A stretch of DNA of 64,000 bases from Candidatus Micrarchaeia archaeon (GCA_049967795.1 JBMFSA010000002.1:7783-71782); one strand, 5' to 3'. Positions 1 to 10,699 are shown, numbered from the stretch's first letter. Numbers and translations: made by a program. Notes: a model not told the origin generated them from the letters alone.

Positions 1-667
1 ATACTATAATATTACCGGAGAACAATCCCGTGTTTAGATAACCTATTTTGTAATACTTCTTTAGATTATTTATTAATAAATTAAGATTGTTTTTTGTATT
101 CTTAACAAAATTTATTGCAAGAATGCCTTCTTTTTTGAGCAAGATGCTCGAATTTTTGATAAACTGTTCTTCAAAAAATACTTTAGGTATTTCATCATCT
201 ATATAAGCATCCAAAATTATTAAATCAAAAGAATCTCTTAAATTTTCTGCATTTTTATTTACATATTTATTACCATCTTCATATATAATTTTTAGTCTTT
301 TCAAATCCTCTTTTTGTATTAATTCTTTGGTGATATTTATCATAGTTTGGCTTGTCTCTAGCGATATGATTTTGATATTGTCATAGACATGCAGCATTTG
401 ATAAGGTATTGTTCCTGCACCTAATCCTATTATTAAAATATTTATTTTTCCATTAAAGTTATTTATTTTATTAAAATAATTAGGCAAAGGCAAAAAATAA
501 TCCCAATAACCATTAACAAGTATACTTCCTTTCTTTAATTTTGAATATACAATATTATTAAAAGTAATTATTTTTTCATTTCCATTTTCAGTAAGAAGTA
601 TATTATTTTCATTCTCATTTATTGATAATTTTACATTTTTCCTAAAAATTTTATCTATTATTGACAT
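1..667 (-). CDS. Spermidine synthase-like (PABS family) SAM-dependent transferase; C-terminal end cut by the window edge
   Basis: Reverse-strand ORF open to position 1, so absent from the ORF track. ATG at 665-667 preceded by GGAA. In-frame ILIIGLGAGTIPY (G-x-G-x-G SAM loop) and DLIILDAY, as in spermidine/spermine synthases. Confidence 0.55.
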   Translation of the reverse strand, partial: MSIIDKIFRKNVKLSINENENNILLTENGNEKIITFNNIVYSKLKKGSILVNGYWDYFLPLPNYFNKINNFNGKINILIIGLGAGTIPYQMLHVYDNIKIISLETSQTMINITKELIQKEDLKRLKIIYEDGNKYVNKNAENLRDSFDLIILDAYIDDEIPKVFFEEQFIKNSSILLKKEGILAINFVKNTKNNLNLLINNLKKYYKIGYLNTGLFSGNIIV

Positions 668-776
668 TTTATTTCCTTATAACTTTTATAATTCTTCTTA
701 ATTAAATTTAATTAATATTTATCAATAACTATTATTAATATTTAAAAAATTTTAATTAATTTTAATTTCTACATAT

Positions 777-980
777 TCAATTAAAAGTCATTGCGAGTTT
801 TATATCAGAAGGATCTATTGTTTTGCGCTTTGCATGTTTTGCAAATTTTACAGATCTTGTTGCAACTTTATATGCAAGCTTATCTATATTTTCTTGAAAA
901 GCGATAACCGCTTCATCACTTACTCTTTCAGCGCCAGCCTCCTTCAAAATCTTTTTAATTGTGGATGTAGAAATATACAT
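777..980 (-). CDS. Archaeal histone (HMf-like histone fold)
   Basis: 67 aa. KEAGAERVSDEA...AKHAKRKTIDPSDIKLA closely matches the HMfB pattern AGAERVSD...A.HAGRKTI...DI.LA. Confidence 0.9.
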   Translation of the reverse strand: MYISTSTIKKILKEAGAERVSDEAVIAFQENIDKLAYKVATRSVKFAKHAKRKTIDPSDIKLAMTFN

Positions 981-1096
981 ATAATATCACCTTTCATCTA
1001 TTTTTCTTTATATAAAAATTATTAATAAATAAAAGCTAGTATATAAAAAGAAATAAGATATTTAAATAAATTGTAAAAAGTCTGATTAGTGGAATA

Positions 1097-1660
1097 TTAG
1101 TTGTATTTTGATAAACTAAATATATATTCCATCTTGCCTGATTTATTTTCAAATCCTACCTCTTTAAAATTTAATGATTTTATAAGCTTTATAGAGGCCT
1201 CATTAGTTGATAAGATTCTTGCATATATCTTATTTACAAAAAATACTCCAAAGCATATATCTATCAATATAATAACTGCTTCCTTTGCATAGCTTCTTCC
1301 TATATACTTACTATTTATCCAATATCCGATTTCTGCACTCTCTTCATTTAAATTGAATATAACCAGTCCACCTATTAATTTATCTTCATTCTTCAAAAAT
1401 ATACCATAGTGCTTTTCTATTCCAAGTTCACTTCTTTTAATTATTATCTCAGCATTTTCTCTTTTGAAGGGATATGGCAACAAGTTAGAATTAACTCCTT
1501 TAGATACATTTATATCATTTGCACATTCTGTAAGTGCTTCTATATCATTATCATTGAACTCTCTAACATAGACTCTAAAATTAGCTGTTTTTCTATCAAA
1601 TTTTTTTTCAATATTTTTCTTATAATCCTCTACATATTCGCAGTTTTTTGAATCCATCAA
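1097..1660 (-). CDS. GNAT family N-acetyltransferase (RimJ/RimL-like)
   Basis: 187 aa. Typical RimL-like layout (R.....D...L......D..V......P......E......) and GNAT core IGYWINSKYIGRSYAKEA. Confidence 0.7.
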   Translation of the reverse strand: MMDSKNCEYVEDYKKNIEKKFDRKTANFRVYVREFNDNDIEALTECANDINVSKGVNSNLLPYPFKRENAEIIIKRSELGIEKHYGIFLKNEDKLIGGLVIFNLNEESAEIGYWINSKYIGRSYAKEAVIILIDICFGVFFVNKIYARILSTNEASIKLIKSLNFKEVGFENKSGKMEYIFSLSKYN

Positions 1661-1731
1661 TTTACCTTTTAATAATTTAATAATAATATTATTTAGTATA
1701 TATTATCTTTTATCTTTTATTATTTTTGATA

Positions 1732-3879
1732 TTATTTTGGTATTTGTGAAATAATCTTTTTTCCAATCTCATTTCCTAAAAGCTTGTATATAAGCTGCTC
1801 ATTTGCTTTTATATCATTCACTGTTCTTATATTGTTATTATATAATATTCTTGCTCTCACCCTCCCTATTCCCTCAAGCCTTATCAAATCTAGCAGTTCT
1901 TCTTTTACTCCATATTTTAAGCGTATTCTTGTATTGATTAATGCATGTGTGCTCTTTTTGATTAATTTTGCAAGTTCAATAGTTGAATATATAATCCAAT
2001 CCGCGTTCATAATCTTTGTATGAAGCTCTCCGGGTGTTGTATGATACTTTTCAATTAATTTATCCTCTTTTACCTCTTCTATCCAGTCTTTAAGCATTAA
2101 TGTGGTACTTAAAACTTTTAATGGATCATAGTAATTATAATCAACTCTTTCATAATTTTCATAAATATTACTATTAAATTTTTGATAGAGCATATAAATA
2201 TTCTCTGCATCTTCCACTTCTCTGACATACGGCCTCATCTCTATAGTATTTGTGATTATATACAAAATTTCTTCGATGTCTGGTGAATTGTCTATAATAT
2301 TTAATGAATCTATAATCCATTTTGCAGAAAGAGGGTCTATATATAATTCGCTTATTCTTCTACCTAAAGGCGTTGCTTCTAATTTTTCATATTCATTCAT
2401 TTTCACAAATTTAAAATTTATAAGCTCCTTGCAGATTTCATTTGTAATTTTTTTTATTCTTAGGTTATTGCCATATTGTAAGCCATAAAAGGTGCTGTTA
2501 AGAAAAGTTATTATTGAATCTACATCATTAAAAAATTCTTCCGCAATTAATGCCAAAATATGTGTTCTCAATATTGGAAGAACGCCAAGATTAGATTCTA
2601 TAGGCTCTGGATCTGCTAATATATATCTTTTGTATAACTCTTCTTTTTTGTCTAAAGTGTTTGCAATTATCGCCGCTCTTCCTTCAGTATCATATTTTGG
2701 CCTTCCTGCTCTGCCGAAAAGCTGAAGTACTTCATTAACACTCAAATTTTCATTATATACTGAATTATATCTACTTAAATCTCTTATTAATACAGTATGC
2801 GCAGGAAAATTTATTCCATAACCTAATGTTGTAGTAGCACATATAGTTTTTATTAAATTTTTTTTGAAAGCTTCCTCAATTATTATTCTTTGATTGTTAA
2901 GGAGGCCTGCATGATGAAAAGCAACACCATTTTTAACAAGATTTGAGAGTTTAATGCATTGTTCAGTAGGTGTACTTGAAGCTTCTAAAATTTTCTTGCT
3001 TATACCTAACAATTCCTTTTTCTCTTCATCATTGATATAATCCTTCACAATAAATGCTGCTTTCTGTGCGCCTGCTTCTGCATTCTTCTTTGTTGCATAA
3101 AATATTATAATCTGCTTCTTTTTTTCTAGTGTATCCTCTAATATAAGATGTTCGGGTAAATCATTGCTGCTTTTCAATATTATTGATTCTTCTTCATTAT
3201 TTTTATTAATTGTATAAAATCTATTCTTATATATTATGCCTTTTTCTAATCTGATAGGTCTATAATCACTTTTTACAACTTCTGCATCTAACCACTCAGC
3301 AATATCTTCAGGATTTCCTATTGTGGCACTAAGTGCAATTATTTGGATATTTTTATTGCTTTTCAATTTTGTCATTAATATTTCAAGTGTTGGTCCTCTA
3401 GATAAATCATCTAACATATGCACTTCATCAAATACAATACACCTAATATCATCAAGCCATTCAATTTTATGCCTTATCAAGCTGTCAAATTTTTCAGTTG
3501 AAACAAAAAGCAAGTCATAATTTTTTAGCATAGGGTCACTGGAATCAAAGTCTCCTATAGATATAACAGATTTTATATAGGGATAAGCTTCTTTGAATTC
3601 ATTATATTTTTCCATTACTAATGCGCGCATGGGTGCAACATAAACCGCTTTCTTATTTGTTCTTATAATTGTGTTTATGCATGCAAGTTCTGCAATTAAT
3701 GTTTTTCCACTTGCTGTGGGTGATGATATTACAATATTCTTTCTTTCAAATAATCCACACCTAATTGCTTCTGCTTGTGGAGGTGTGAATTTAGTTATGC
3801 CCCTTTGCTTTAATGATTCAATTATTTCATTTGGCGCTTTTCCAATAATATCAGAGATATTCATATCCAAATTTATCAT
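1732..3879 (-). CDS. hel308: Ski2-like DNA helicase Hel308
   Basis: 715 aa. Walker A SPTASGKT, DEVH box, SAT, motif VI QLFGRAGRP, C-terminal HhH-like tail; length and order typical of Hel308/Hjm. Confidence 0.85.
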   Translation of the reverse strand: MINLDMNISDIIGKAPNEIIESLKQRGITKFTPPQAEAIRCGLFERKNIVISSPTASGKTLIAELACINTIIRTNKKAVYVAPMRALVMEKYNEFKEAYPYIKSVISIGDFDSSDPMLKNYDLLFVSTEKFDSLIRHKIEWLDDIRCIVFDEVHMLDDLSRGPTLEILMTKLKSNKNIQIIALSATIGNPEDIAEWLDAEVVKSDYRPIRLEKGIIYKNRFYTINKNNEEESIILKSSNDLPEHLILEDTLEKKKQIIIFYATKKNAEAGAQKAAFIVKDYINDEEKKELLGISKKILEASSTPTEQCIKLSNLVKNGVAFHHAGLLNNQRIIIEEAFKKNLIKTICATTTLGYGINFPAHTVLIRDLSRYNSVYNENLSVNEVLQLFGRAGRPKYDTEGRAAIIANTLDKKEELYKRYILADPEPIESNLGVLPILRTHILALIAEEFFNDVDSIITFLNSTFYGLQYGNNLRIKKITNEICKELINFKFVKMNEYEKLEATPLGRRISELYIDPLSAKWIIDSLNIIDNSPDIEEILYIITNTIEMRPYVREVEDAENIYMLYQKFNSNIYENYERVDYNYYDPLKVLSTTLMLKDWIEEVKEDKLIEKYHTTPGELHTKIMNADWIIYSTIELAKLIKKSTHALINTRIRLKYGVKEELLDLIRLEGIGRVRARILYNNNIRTVNDIKANEQLIYKLLGNEIGKKIISQIPK

Positions 3880-3999
3880 TCCTTTATATTTAATAAATTA
3901 AATAATTAAATTAAAGAATATTATTGTAATTACAATATATTATTTAACGGCATAAAAAGTAAAAATTAGTAGCAATTGAAGTTAAAGAATAAAGTGGGT

Positions 4000-5256
4000 T
4001 TATTTTATACTCCTGACAAATATTTCATCATTGTGCTTTTCTTCAATTACAGGAGCACTATAATTATTAATTAATTCATCATTAAATGTATCTAGTTTCT
4101 TAAGGTTCTCTTTAATTTTTCTGACTCTGAATATATGCATGTTTCTATACAATTCATTATTTTTAGCATCTGTTGATATTTTATTTTTATAATCGCTGAT
4201 TTTTACATATTTATTATTATTTTCAAATTTTGTTTTATTAGTATTTTGAGGATATACAAAAGAATTATAATATTTATTTATAAAAATAATTGTTCTTTTT
4301 GATAATGTATTTAAATAAGTAAAACCAATTTTTGCTTCCGTTGGAAAATTCTTAATCAAAGATTTCAAAGAAGCAACAAATTGTTTAAAGTTGATGTTTG
4401 TTAATATTACTCGTGTTTTTTTGCTATAATTATAATAAATGTTACTGTATGTATTAAGATCTAAAAGAATATTTTTAATTGAGAGCAATTTGCTTTTAAT
4501 ATTTTTAAAATTATTCCTGTTTTGACTGTTGATTATAAATATAATATAATTTTTGAAATTTTTAATATAATTATATAAAGTATAAAATAATTTTATGTTT
4601 GCATTTTTGTCTATAATTCTGCTTGTTTTTTTATTTTTTTTATAGGTATAATAAGGATTGTATAAGTTATCTATATTTATATTATTACAAATAAAAGTAG
4701 AATCTATATTTATAGAGGCGCCATTTATAATCTTTAAATTTTTATCTATATTGTTTATATTGTTTATATTATTTATTTTTATATTCTCTTTATAAGTAGT
4801 TTCTGTTCTGTGTGGCAATTCATTTTTTTGAGTTTCTATTTTATTTTTAATATTCTTATCTTTGCCCTTTTGCTTTTTGTTTGTAATATCCTCTATTAAT
4901 ACAGTATTTTCAAAAAAATTTGGCTTAACAGGTAATAACTCATTAGTTAATACTCCAAAAAGCGATAATATTCCTTTATTATTTGATTTAAATTTTATTT
5001 CTTTTTTTTGCGTTGTCTTGATTATAATCTGAGAATAAAAAAAGGATTTTTTTATTTTTATTGAAGATATTTCCTTATAGGGTAATGTAATTTTTTTGAA
5101 TGGTGTTTTATAATACAGATTTTTTTCTGTTATAATTATAGAAGAAGGTAAATAATTAATAATTTTATCAAATCTACTCTGTATTTTAAGCAAAGTGCTC
5201 TCTCTGTTATATGCATCAGTAAGGGTGTCTGTGTTCATATTATCATTCATTAACAA
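4000..5256 (-). CDS. Hypothetical protein, N/K/I-rich, with a possible N-terminal bacterial-PH-like module
   Basis: 418-aa ORF. The only readable module is LYYKTPFKKITLPYKEISSIKIKKSFFYSQIIIKT near the N-terminus; the rest is low complexity (NINNINNIDKN etc.). Confidence 0.45.
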   Translation of the reverse strand: MLMNDNMNTDTLTDAYNRESTLLKIQSRFDKIINYLPSSIIITEKNLYYKTPFKKITLPYKEISSIKIKKSFFYSQIIIKTTQKKEIKFKSNNKGILSLFGVLTNELLPVKPNFFENTVLIEDITNKKQKGKDKNIKNKIETQKNELPHRTETTYKENIKINNINNINNIDKNLKIINGASINIDSTFICNNINIDNLYNPYYTYKKNKKTSRIIDKNANIKLFYTLYNYIKNFKNYIIFIINSQNRNNFKNIKSKLLSIKNILLDLNTYSNIYYNYSKKTRVILTNINFKQFVASLKSLIKNFPTEAKIGFTYLNTLSKRTIIFINKYYNSFVYPQNTNKTKFENNNKYVKISDYKNKISTDAKNNELYRNMHIFRVRKIKENLKKLDTFNDELINNYSAPVIEEKHNDEIFVRSIK

Positions 5257-5553
5257 TTTAATTATTCTATTTTCTATTTGATTGATCTTTATTTCTAATT
5301 ATTATTTAATTAACCTTATTATTTAAACAAATATTTAATAATTACTATTAAGTACGATGATATTAAAATTCTTAAAGATTGTACTTTTCATTATAATTAT
5401 ATAGAATTAAAGTAAATTATACTATTTTATAACTATTATAAAGATTATCAATATCAATGTTGGATGTATATAATATTTATATATTTTTATTATTGAATAT
5501 ATATCAATCAAATATTTATTTGATTTTTAGTTATTTATCAATAATGTGATAAT

Positions 5554-7302
5554 ATGAAGATATTGCAGCTAGATGTTAATAGTATAGAATTTCAGCCAAT
5601 TGCTCCAGAACTTAATACCTACGAAAGGATTCAGGAATCAGAAAAGGAGAATCATATAATCAAAGATGCATTAGTTTTGATGGTGAGCATCGAAAAAGAA
5701 GATACAGAAAAAATAGGCAGCCTTGCAATTAAGGAAGCAATCGAATCTGCATTAAATCTCGGTAGAAAGAATATTGTTTTATATCCATTTGCACATCTAA
5801 GCAATAATCTTGAAGATCCGGATAGAGCTATGAAGATCATGCATTATCTATTTAATGAAGCAAAGAAGTCAAATCTTAATATAATAAACGCTCCATTCGG
5901 TTGGAATAAATCATTAAAGATTGATATAAAAGGGCATCCACTTGCTGAAACGCTTAGAAATTATAGCAAGGAAGGAGAGGAGGAGAGTGGCGAAACAAAA
6001 AGAGTAAAGAATATAACAGAAGTTAAGAAAAAATTAGAGAGGGAGAGAAGGATAGACCTATCTATTGTTAAAAAAAGTGAATTTGTAGGATTGCCAGATA
6101 CTGACCATAGAACAATTGGAGAAAGGCTTGATTTGTTTAGTTTTCAAGGAGTTTCACCTGCTATGGTATATTGGCATCCTAATGGTTGGATTATTTTTAA
6201 TGCACTTAAGCGTTTCATTCAAGAAAAGTTAAAAGAATATGGGTATAAAGAGATATCAACACCTGCGATAGCCAATATTGCATTATGGCATGTTAGTGGC
6301 CATATTGATCATTATATAGATAATATGTTTATAATAAAGGAGGAAAAAGAGGATTTAGGTATTAAGCCTATGAATTGCCCATCAACAATATTGATATACA
6401 AATCAAGAAAATGGAGTTATAAAGAACTGCCTCTTAGATTGTCAATATTTGATAGAATATATAGAAAGGAGGTCAGCGGAGCACTAAGCGGTCTATTTAG
6501 AGTTCAAGAATTGACACAAGACGATGCACACATATTCCTTGCTAATGAAGATGTGATAAAAGAGATTACTTCATTATTAAAGCTTTTTAAGGAGGTCTAT
6601 AGCAAGTTTGGTTTTGAATATAAAGTTAAGCTTTCTACAATGCCTGATAGTCATTTGGGTGATGAAGACTTGTGGAATAATGCAATTAACGCATTGAAGG
6701 AGGCGCTTGCAGCAAATAATCTCAAGTATGAAGTAAAAGAGAAAGAAGGTGCATTTTACGGTCCAAAGATTGATTTTGATATTAAAGATTCTATGAATAG
6801 AGAATGGCAGTGTGGAACAATACAGCTTGATTATCAGCTTCCACAGAGATTTAATATTACATATACAGGAAGTGATGGAAAGGAGTATACTCCTGTAATA
6901 GTGCATAGAGCCATTTATGGTACATTTGAAAGATTCATTGGTATATTAATAGAGCATTATAAAGGCAAATTCCCGACCTGGCTTGCACCAACGCAAGTTA
7001 GAATCATAACAATATCTGAACAGGCAAATAATTATGCAGAAGAATTATATAAGAAAATAGATGGTAAAGGTATAAGGGTAGAACTCGATATAAGTGACAA
7101 AACCCTTGAATATAAAATTAGAGATGCGCAATTGCATTCAGTTCCTTATATGATTATAGTAGGTAAAAAAGAAGCAGAGGCAAAAACAATTTCAATAAGA
7201 ACTCTATTAGGAAAGCAGAAAAATGGTGCAAATACAGATGAATTCATCGATTCATTAAAACACGAAATAGAAGATAGGAGCAATACTTATTTTATAAATT
7301 AA
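5554..7302 (+). CDS. thrS: Threonyl-tRNA synthetase with archaeal-type N-terminal editing domain
   Basis: 582 aa. Class II motifs (FRVQELTQDDAHIF, GTFERFIGILIEHY), anticodon-binding C-terminus, N-terminal archaeal editing domain. SD GTGAT before the ATG. Confidence 0.9.
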   Translation: MKILQLDVNSIEFQPIAPELNTYERIQESEKENHIIKDALVLMVSIEKEDTEKIGSLAIKEAIESALNLGRKNIVLYPFAHLSNNLEDPDRAMKIMHYLFNEAKKSNLNIINAPFGWNKSLKIDIKGHPLAETLRNYSKEGEEESGETKRVKNITEVKKKLERERRIDLSIVKKSEFVGLPDTDHRTIGERLDLFSFQGVSPAMVYWHPNGWIIFNALKRFIQEKLKEYGYKEISTPAIANIALWHVSGHIDHYIDNMFIIKEEKEDLGIKPMNCPSTILIYKSRKWSYKELPLRLSIFDRIYRKEVSGALSGLFRVQELTQDDAHIFLANEDVIKEITSLLKLFKEVYSKFGFEYKVKLSTMPDSHLGDEDLWNNAINALKEALAANNLKYEVKEKEGAFYGPKIDFDIKDSMNREWQCGTIQLDYQLPQRFNITYTGSDGKEYTPVIVHRAIYGTFERFIGILIEHYKGKFPTWLAPTQVRIITISEQANNYAEELYKKIDGKGIRVELDISDKTLEYKIRDAQLHSVPYMIIVGKKEAEAKTISIRTLLGKQKNGANTDEFIDSLKHEIEDRSNTYFIN

Positions 7303-7316
7303 ATAAATTAAAATAA

Positions 7317-7326
7317 TTTTCTTTTT
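7317..7326 (+). terminator. Oligo-T tract downstream of thrS (candidate archaeal terminator)
   Basis: TTTTCTTTTT 15 nt after the thrS stop. Archaeal termination commonly uses T runs. Weak in this AT-rich background. Confidence 0.25.
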
Positions 7327-7380
7327 CCATTCTTTAAATATTTATAATAGCATTCTATTTTTTATATTTTTATATTTTAA

Positions 7381-7405
7381 AAATGTCAACTTTTATTTGA
7401 CATTT
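7381..7405. promoter_or_regulatory. Perfect 9-bp inverted repeat AAATGTCAA-N7-TTGACATTT upstream of the wHTH/grpE/dnaK/dnaJ cluster
   Basis: Read directly. Arms 7381-7389 and 7397-7405. Lies about 60 bp upstream of the 7465 ATG and just upstream of the TATA-like AAAATATTTAAATA. Confidence 0.3.
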
Positions 7406-7464
7406 CAACAATTATTAATAAAAAACGAAAAATATTTAAATATTTTGTTGCTATATAATATTAT

Positions 7465-7911
7465 ATGATGGGAAAGATAGTAATCAATACAACAGAGAAG
7501 CCTTCAACTGCAAAGCTCAATGAACTCATAAAATGGTTCTGTGTAGAGTTAGGTTTCTTAGATTACAACAGTAAAGAAGATGAAGAAAATATAGATATTA
7601 ATATTTTAAAAGAATTTATACTTGCAGCTTATAACAATGAGGATGGTATAACAAGCTTAAAGTTAAAAGAAAAGTTAAAATATCCATTGGCACGAAGCAC
7701 ATTGATTTATCATCTAAATAAAATTATTGAATCGGGATTAATAGTAAAGAAAGGAAGAAAATATTATCTGCGCGGCAGAGCAATGTCAAAGGCTGTTGAA
7801 GAATTGGAATACGATCTTGAAAGGGAATTTAGTAAAATGATTGATACTGCAAGAGAGCTTGATAATTTGATGCTTAAAAGTCAAAGGCTAAAAGTCAAAA
7901 ATCAAAAATAA
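7465..7911 (+). CDS. Winged-helix transcriptional regulator-like protein (candidate regulator of the dnaK locus)
   Basis: 148 aa. ITSLKLKEKLKYPLARSTLIYHLNKIIESGLIVKKGRKYYL is a classic HTH plus wing, followed by a coiled-coil tail. The stop is 15 nt before grpE. Confidence 0.6.
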   Translation: MMGKIVINTTEKPSTAKLNELIKWFCVELGFLDYNSKEDEENIDINILKEFILAAYNNEDGITSLKLKEKLKYPLARSTLIYHLNKIIESGLIVKKGRKYYLRGRAMSKAVEELEYDLEREFSKMIDTARELDNLMLKSQRLKVKNQK

Positions 7912-7926
7912 GATTAGGTAGGTTGT

Positions 7927-8541
7927 ATGAGTGATAATAAGGATGATAATAAAGAGAATAATAAAAATAATAAAAATACAAAATCATTAGATACAGAAGT
8001 AAAAAAAGATGAGCCTAAGGAGAAGACAGAACCACAGGAGAATGCAAATAAAGAAATATCTGAATGTAAAGAGCGTCTGCTTAGGCTTGCCGCAGAGTTT
8101 GATAATTATAAAAAAAGAGTTAGAATAGAGATTGACAGTTCAAAGCAGAATGGAAAGGCGGAATTTATAAAAGAATTACTTCCAATTATTGATGAATTTG
8201 AACTTGCACTCATTGCTACAAAAAAAAGTAGTGATGAAAATATAACAAAAGGAATAGAATTATTATATTCCAATTTTATTGGTATGCTTAAGAAAGAAGG
8301 CCTACAAGAAGTACCCTCTGATGGCGTATATGATCCATATAGACACGAAATAATATTGCTTCAAGAAGATAATTCAAAACCCGATGGCACAATTCTCGAA
8401 GTGACAAAGAAAGGATATATATTTAATGGAATATTATTAAGAGCAGCATCAGTGATTGTTTCAAAAAACAACAACAATAACAATAAAGATACTAATAATA
8501 TAAGCAAAGATAAAGACAGCAACAAAGAAACTAAAAATTAA
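7927..8541 (+). CDS. grpE: Nucleotide exchange factor GrpE
   Basis: 204 aa. RLAAEFDNYKKR signature, long helix plus C-terminal beta domain, low-complexity tails. SD GGTAGGT. Confidence 0.9.
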   Translation: MSDNKDDNKENNKNNKNTKSLDTEVKKDEPKEKTEPQENANKEISECKERLLRLAAEFDNYKKRVRIEIDSSKQNGKAEFIKELLPIIDEFELALIATKKSSDENITKGIELLYSNFIGMLKKEGLQEVPSDGVYDPYRHEIILLQEDNSKPDGTILEVTKKGYIFNGILLRAASVIVSKNNNNNNKDTNNISKDKDSNKETKN

Positions 8542-8711
8542 TTATTAATTTATTATTAATTTAATTAATATTATTTATTTTTATGTGTTTATGATTTAGT
8601 GTTTAAGTTTTGTTAAATATTTCATTTATTATTATTTCAATAATTTAAAATAAAAATAATATTTAAATAAAAAATAAAAAAATAAAATAAAAAATAAAAA
8701 AGAGTGATTGT

Positions 8712-10562
8712 ATGAAAATAATTGGTATAGATTTAGGTACATCAAATTCAGCTGCTGCGGTATTAGAAGGTGGGAGACCAACAATAATACCAAGCAGTGA
8801 AGGTATTACGTTATATGGAAAAGCTTTTCCGAGTTATGTTGCAATAACTAAAGATGGACAGAGGCTTGTAGGAGAACCAGCAAGGAGACAGGCAGTTGCA
8901 AATCCAGAAGGTACAGTAACTGCATTCAAAAGAAAGATGGGCACTGATTACAAATATAATATTTATGGAAAGGAATACACACCTCAAGAGTTATCTGCTA
9001 TGCTATTACAAAAGATTAAAAAGGATGCAGAAGCGTTCCTCGGAGAAGAAGTAAAGAAAGCAGTTATTACAGTGCCCGCATATTTTGATGATAATCAAAG
9101 ACAGGCGACAAAAGATGCAGGTGAGATTGCTGGTTTAGAAGTGGTCAGATTAGTAAATGAGCCTACAGCAGCAGCGCTTGCTTACGGGCTCGATAAATCC
9201 GAGAAAGAGATGAAAATATTAGTGTATGATTTTGGTGGAGGAACTCTTGATGTTACAATCATGGAATTTGGAAAGGGTGTTTTTGAAGTAAAAGCAACAA
9301 GCGGAGATACACAGCTTGGAGGCACGGATATGGATAGAGTAATTGTGGACTTCTTAGTCAATGAGATTAAAACAAAAAATAACATAGATATAACAAAAGA
9401 TATTCAAGCAATGCAGAGGTTGAAGGAGGCTGCAGAAAAAGCTAAAATTGAATTGTCAACAACTTTGACAACAGAGATTAATCTTCCATTCCTTTCAAAA
9501 GATGCATCTAACAATCCTTTTAACTTTACATATACATTGACGAGGGCAAAGCTTGAAAGTTTGGTGTTGCCTATAATAGAGAGGACTGCACATCCTGTAT
9601 CTCAAGCACTCAAAGATGCAAAGCTTGATGCAGCTGATCTTGATAAAATAATATTAGTTGGAGGGCCGACAAGAATGCCTATTGTGCAGAGGTATGTTGA
9701 GCAGCTGTTCGGTAAGAAGGTAGAGAGGGGCGTTGATCCAATGGAATGCGTTGCGCTTGGTGCAGCAATACAGGGAGGAGTGCTAACTGGAGAAGTCAAA
9801 GATATATTGCTACTGGATGTTACTCCATTGTCATTAGGAATTGAAACATTAGGTGGCATTACAACAAAATTAATAGACAGAAATACAACTATACCTGTTA
9901 AGAAATCAGAAATATTTACTACTGCGGCAGACTTCCAGACTGATGTTGAAATACATGTTGTTCAAGGAGAGCGTGCAATGGCAAAGGATAATGTTGATTT
10001 AGGTAGATTTACACTTAAAGGGATACCACCCGCAAGAAGAGGCGTTCCCCAGATTGAAGTAACTTTTGATATTGATTCCAACGGTATACTCCATGTCACT
10101 GCAAAAGATAAAGCAACGGGTAAGGCGCAGAGTATGGATATAGTAGCGCCACACAAAATGAAGAAGGAGGATATCGAAAAGAAGGTAAATGAATCTAAAG
10201 AGTATGAAGAGCAAGATAGGATTTTAAGGGAGCACGTTGAATTAAAGAATACAGCAGAGTCAATAATTTATACAACAGACAAAACTCTTGAAGATTATAA
10301 AGATAAGATACCAAAAGAAGTTGCAGATAAAATAAATAATGCAAAGAATGAACTGCAAGATGCAGTTAATAAAGAGGATTATGACAAAATAAAAGAAAAG
10401 ATGGATGCATTGAAGAATGCGCTTGAAGATGTTGGTGCTAGTATGTATAAGAATGAAGGGCCTACAGCAGGTCCTGGCCCTAACGGCTCTGCTGAAGGCC
10501 AAGGGCCAAACAATGAAGGAGACAGCAGTGCAACAGACGCCGATTTTAAAGTGAAGAAATGA
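8712..10562 (+). CDS. dnaK: Hsp70 chaperone DnaK
   Basis: 616 aa. [27 protein letters not shown] signatures. SD GTGAT. TGA stop. Confidence 0.97.
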   Translation: MKIIGIDLGTSNSAAAVLEGGRPTIIPSSEGITLYGKAFPSYVAITKDGQRLVGEPARRQAVANPEGTVTAFKRKMGTDYKYNIYGKEYTPQELSAMLLQKIKKDAEAFLGEEVKKAVITVPAYFDDNQRQATKDAGEIAGLEVVRLVNEPTAAALAYGLDKSEKEMKILVYDFGGGTLDVTIMEFGKGVFEVKATSGDTQLGGTDMDRVIVDFLVNEIKTKNNIDITKDIQAMQRLKEAAEKAKIELSTTLTTEINLPFLSKDASNNPFNFTYTLTRAKLESLVLPIIERTAHPVSQALKDAKLDAADLDKIILVGGPTRMPIVQRYVEQLFGKKVERGVDPMECVALGAAIQGGVLTGEVKDILLLDVTPLSLGIETLGGITTKLIDRNTTIPVKKSEIFTTAADFQTDVEIHVVQGERAMAKDNVDLGRFTLKGIPPARRGVPQIEVTFDIDSNGILHVTAKDKATGKAQSMDIVAPHKMKKEDIEKKVNESKEYEEQDRILREHVELKNTAESIIYTTDKTLEDYKDKIPKEVADKINNAKNELQDAVNKEDYDKIKEKMDALKNALEDVGASMYKNEGPTAGPGPNGSAEGQGPNNEGDSSATDADFKVKK

Positions 10563-10699
10563 AGAGAATATAAAAACATAATATAATAATTGGAAAATTA
10601 AGTAGAAAAATACAAAATACAAAATATAAAATATAAAATATAAAAAGCAAAAATAGGAAAATAAATTTATTAATAAAAATAATAGAACTAGGAATTTAG

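Noticed and set aside
5507-5524. 8-bp-arm palindrome ATCAAATA-TT-TATTTGAT about 30 bp upstream of thrS
   Set aside because: It is almost pure A/T, and such palindromes are expected by chance many times in this composition. It probably just overlaps the TATA region.
8640-8705. Periodic A-rich repeats (AAAATAAAA units) upstream of dnaK, and the AAAATAC/AAAATAT heptamer run at about 10606-10646 upstream of dnaJ, considered as possible CRISPR-like or regulatory arrays
   Set aside because: The units are 5-7 bp with no spacers, which is simple microsatellite-like low complexity typical of AT-rich spacers. They are not repeat-spacer architecture.
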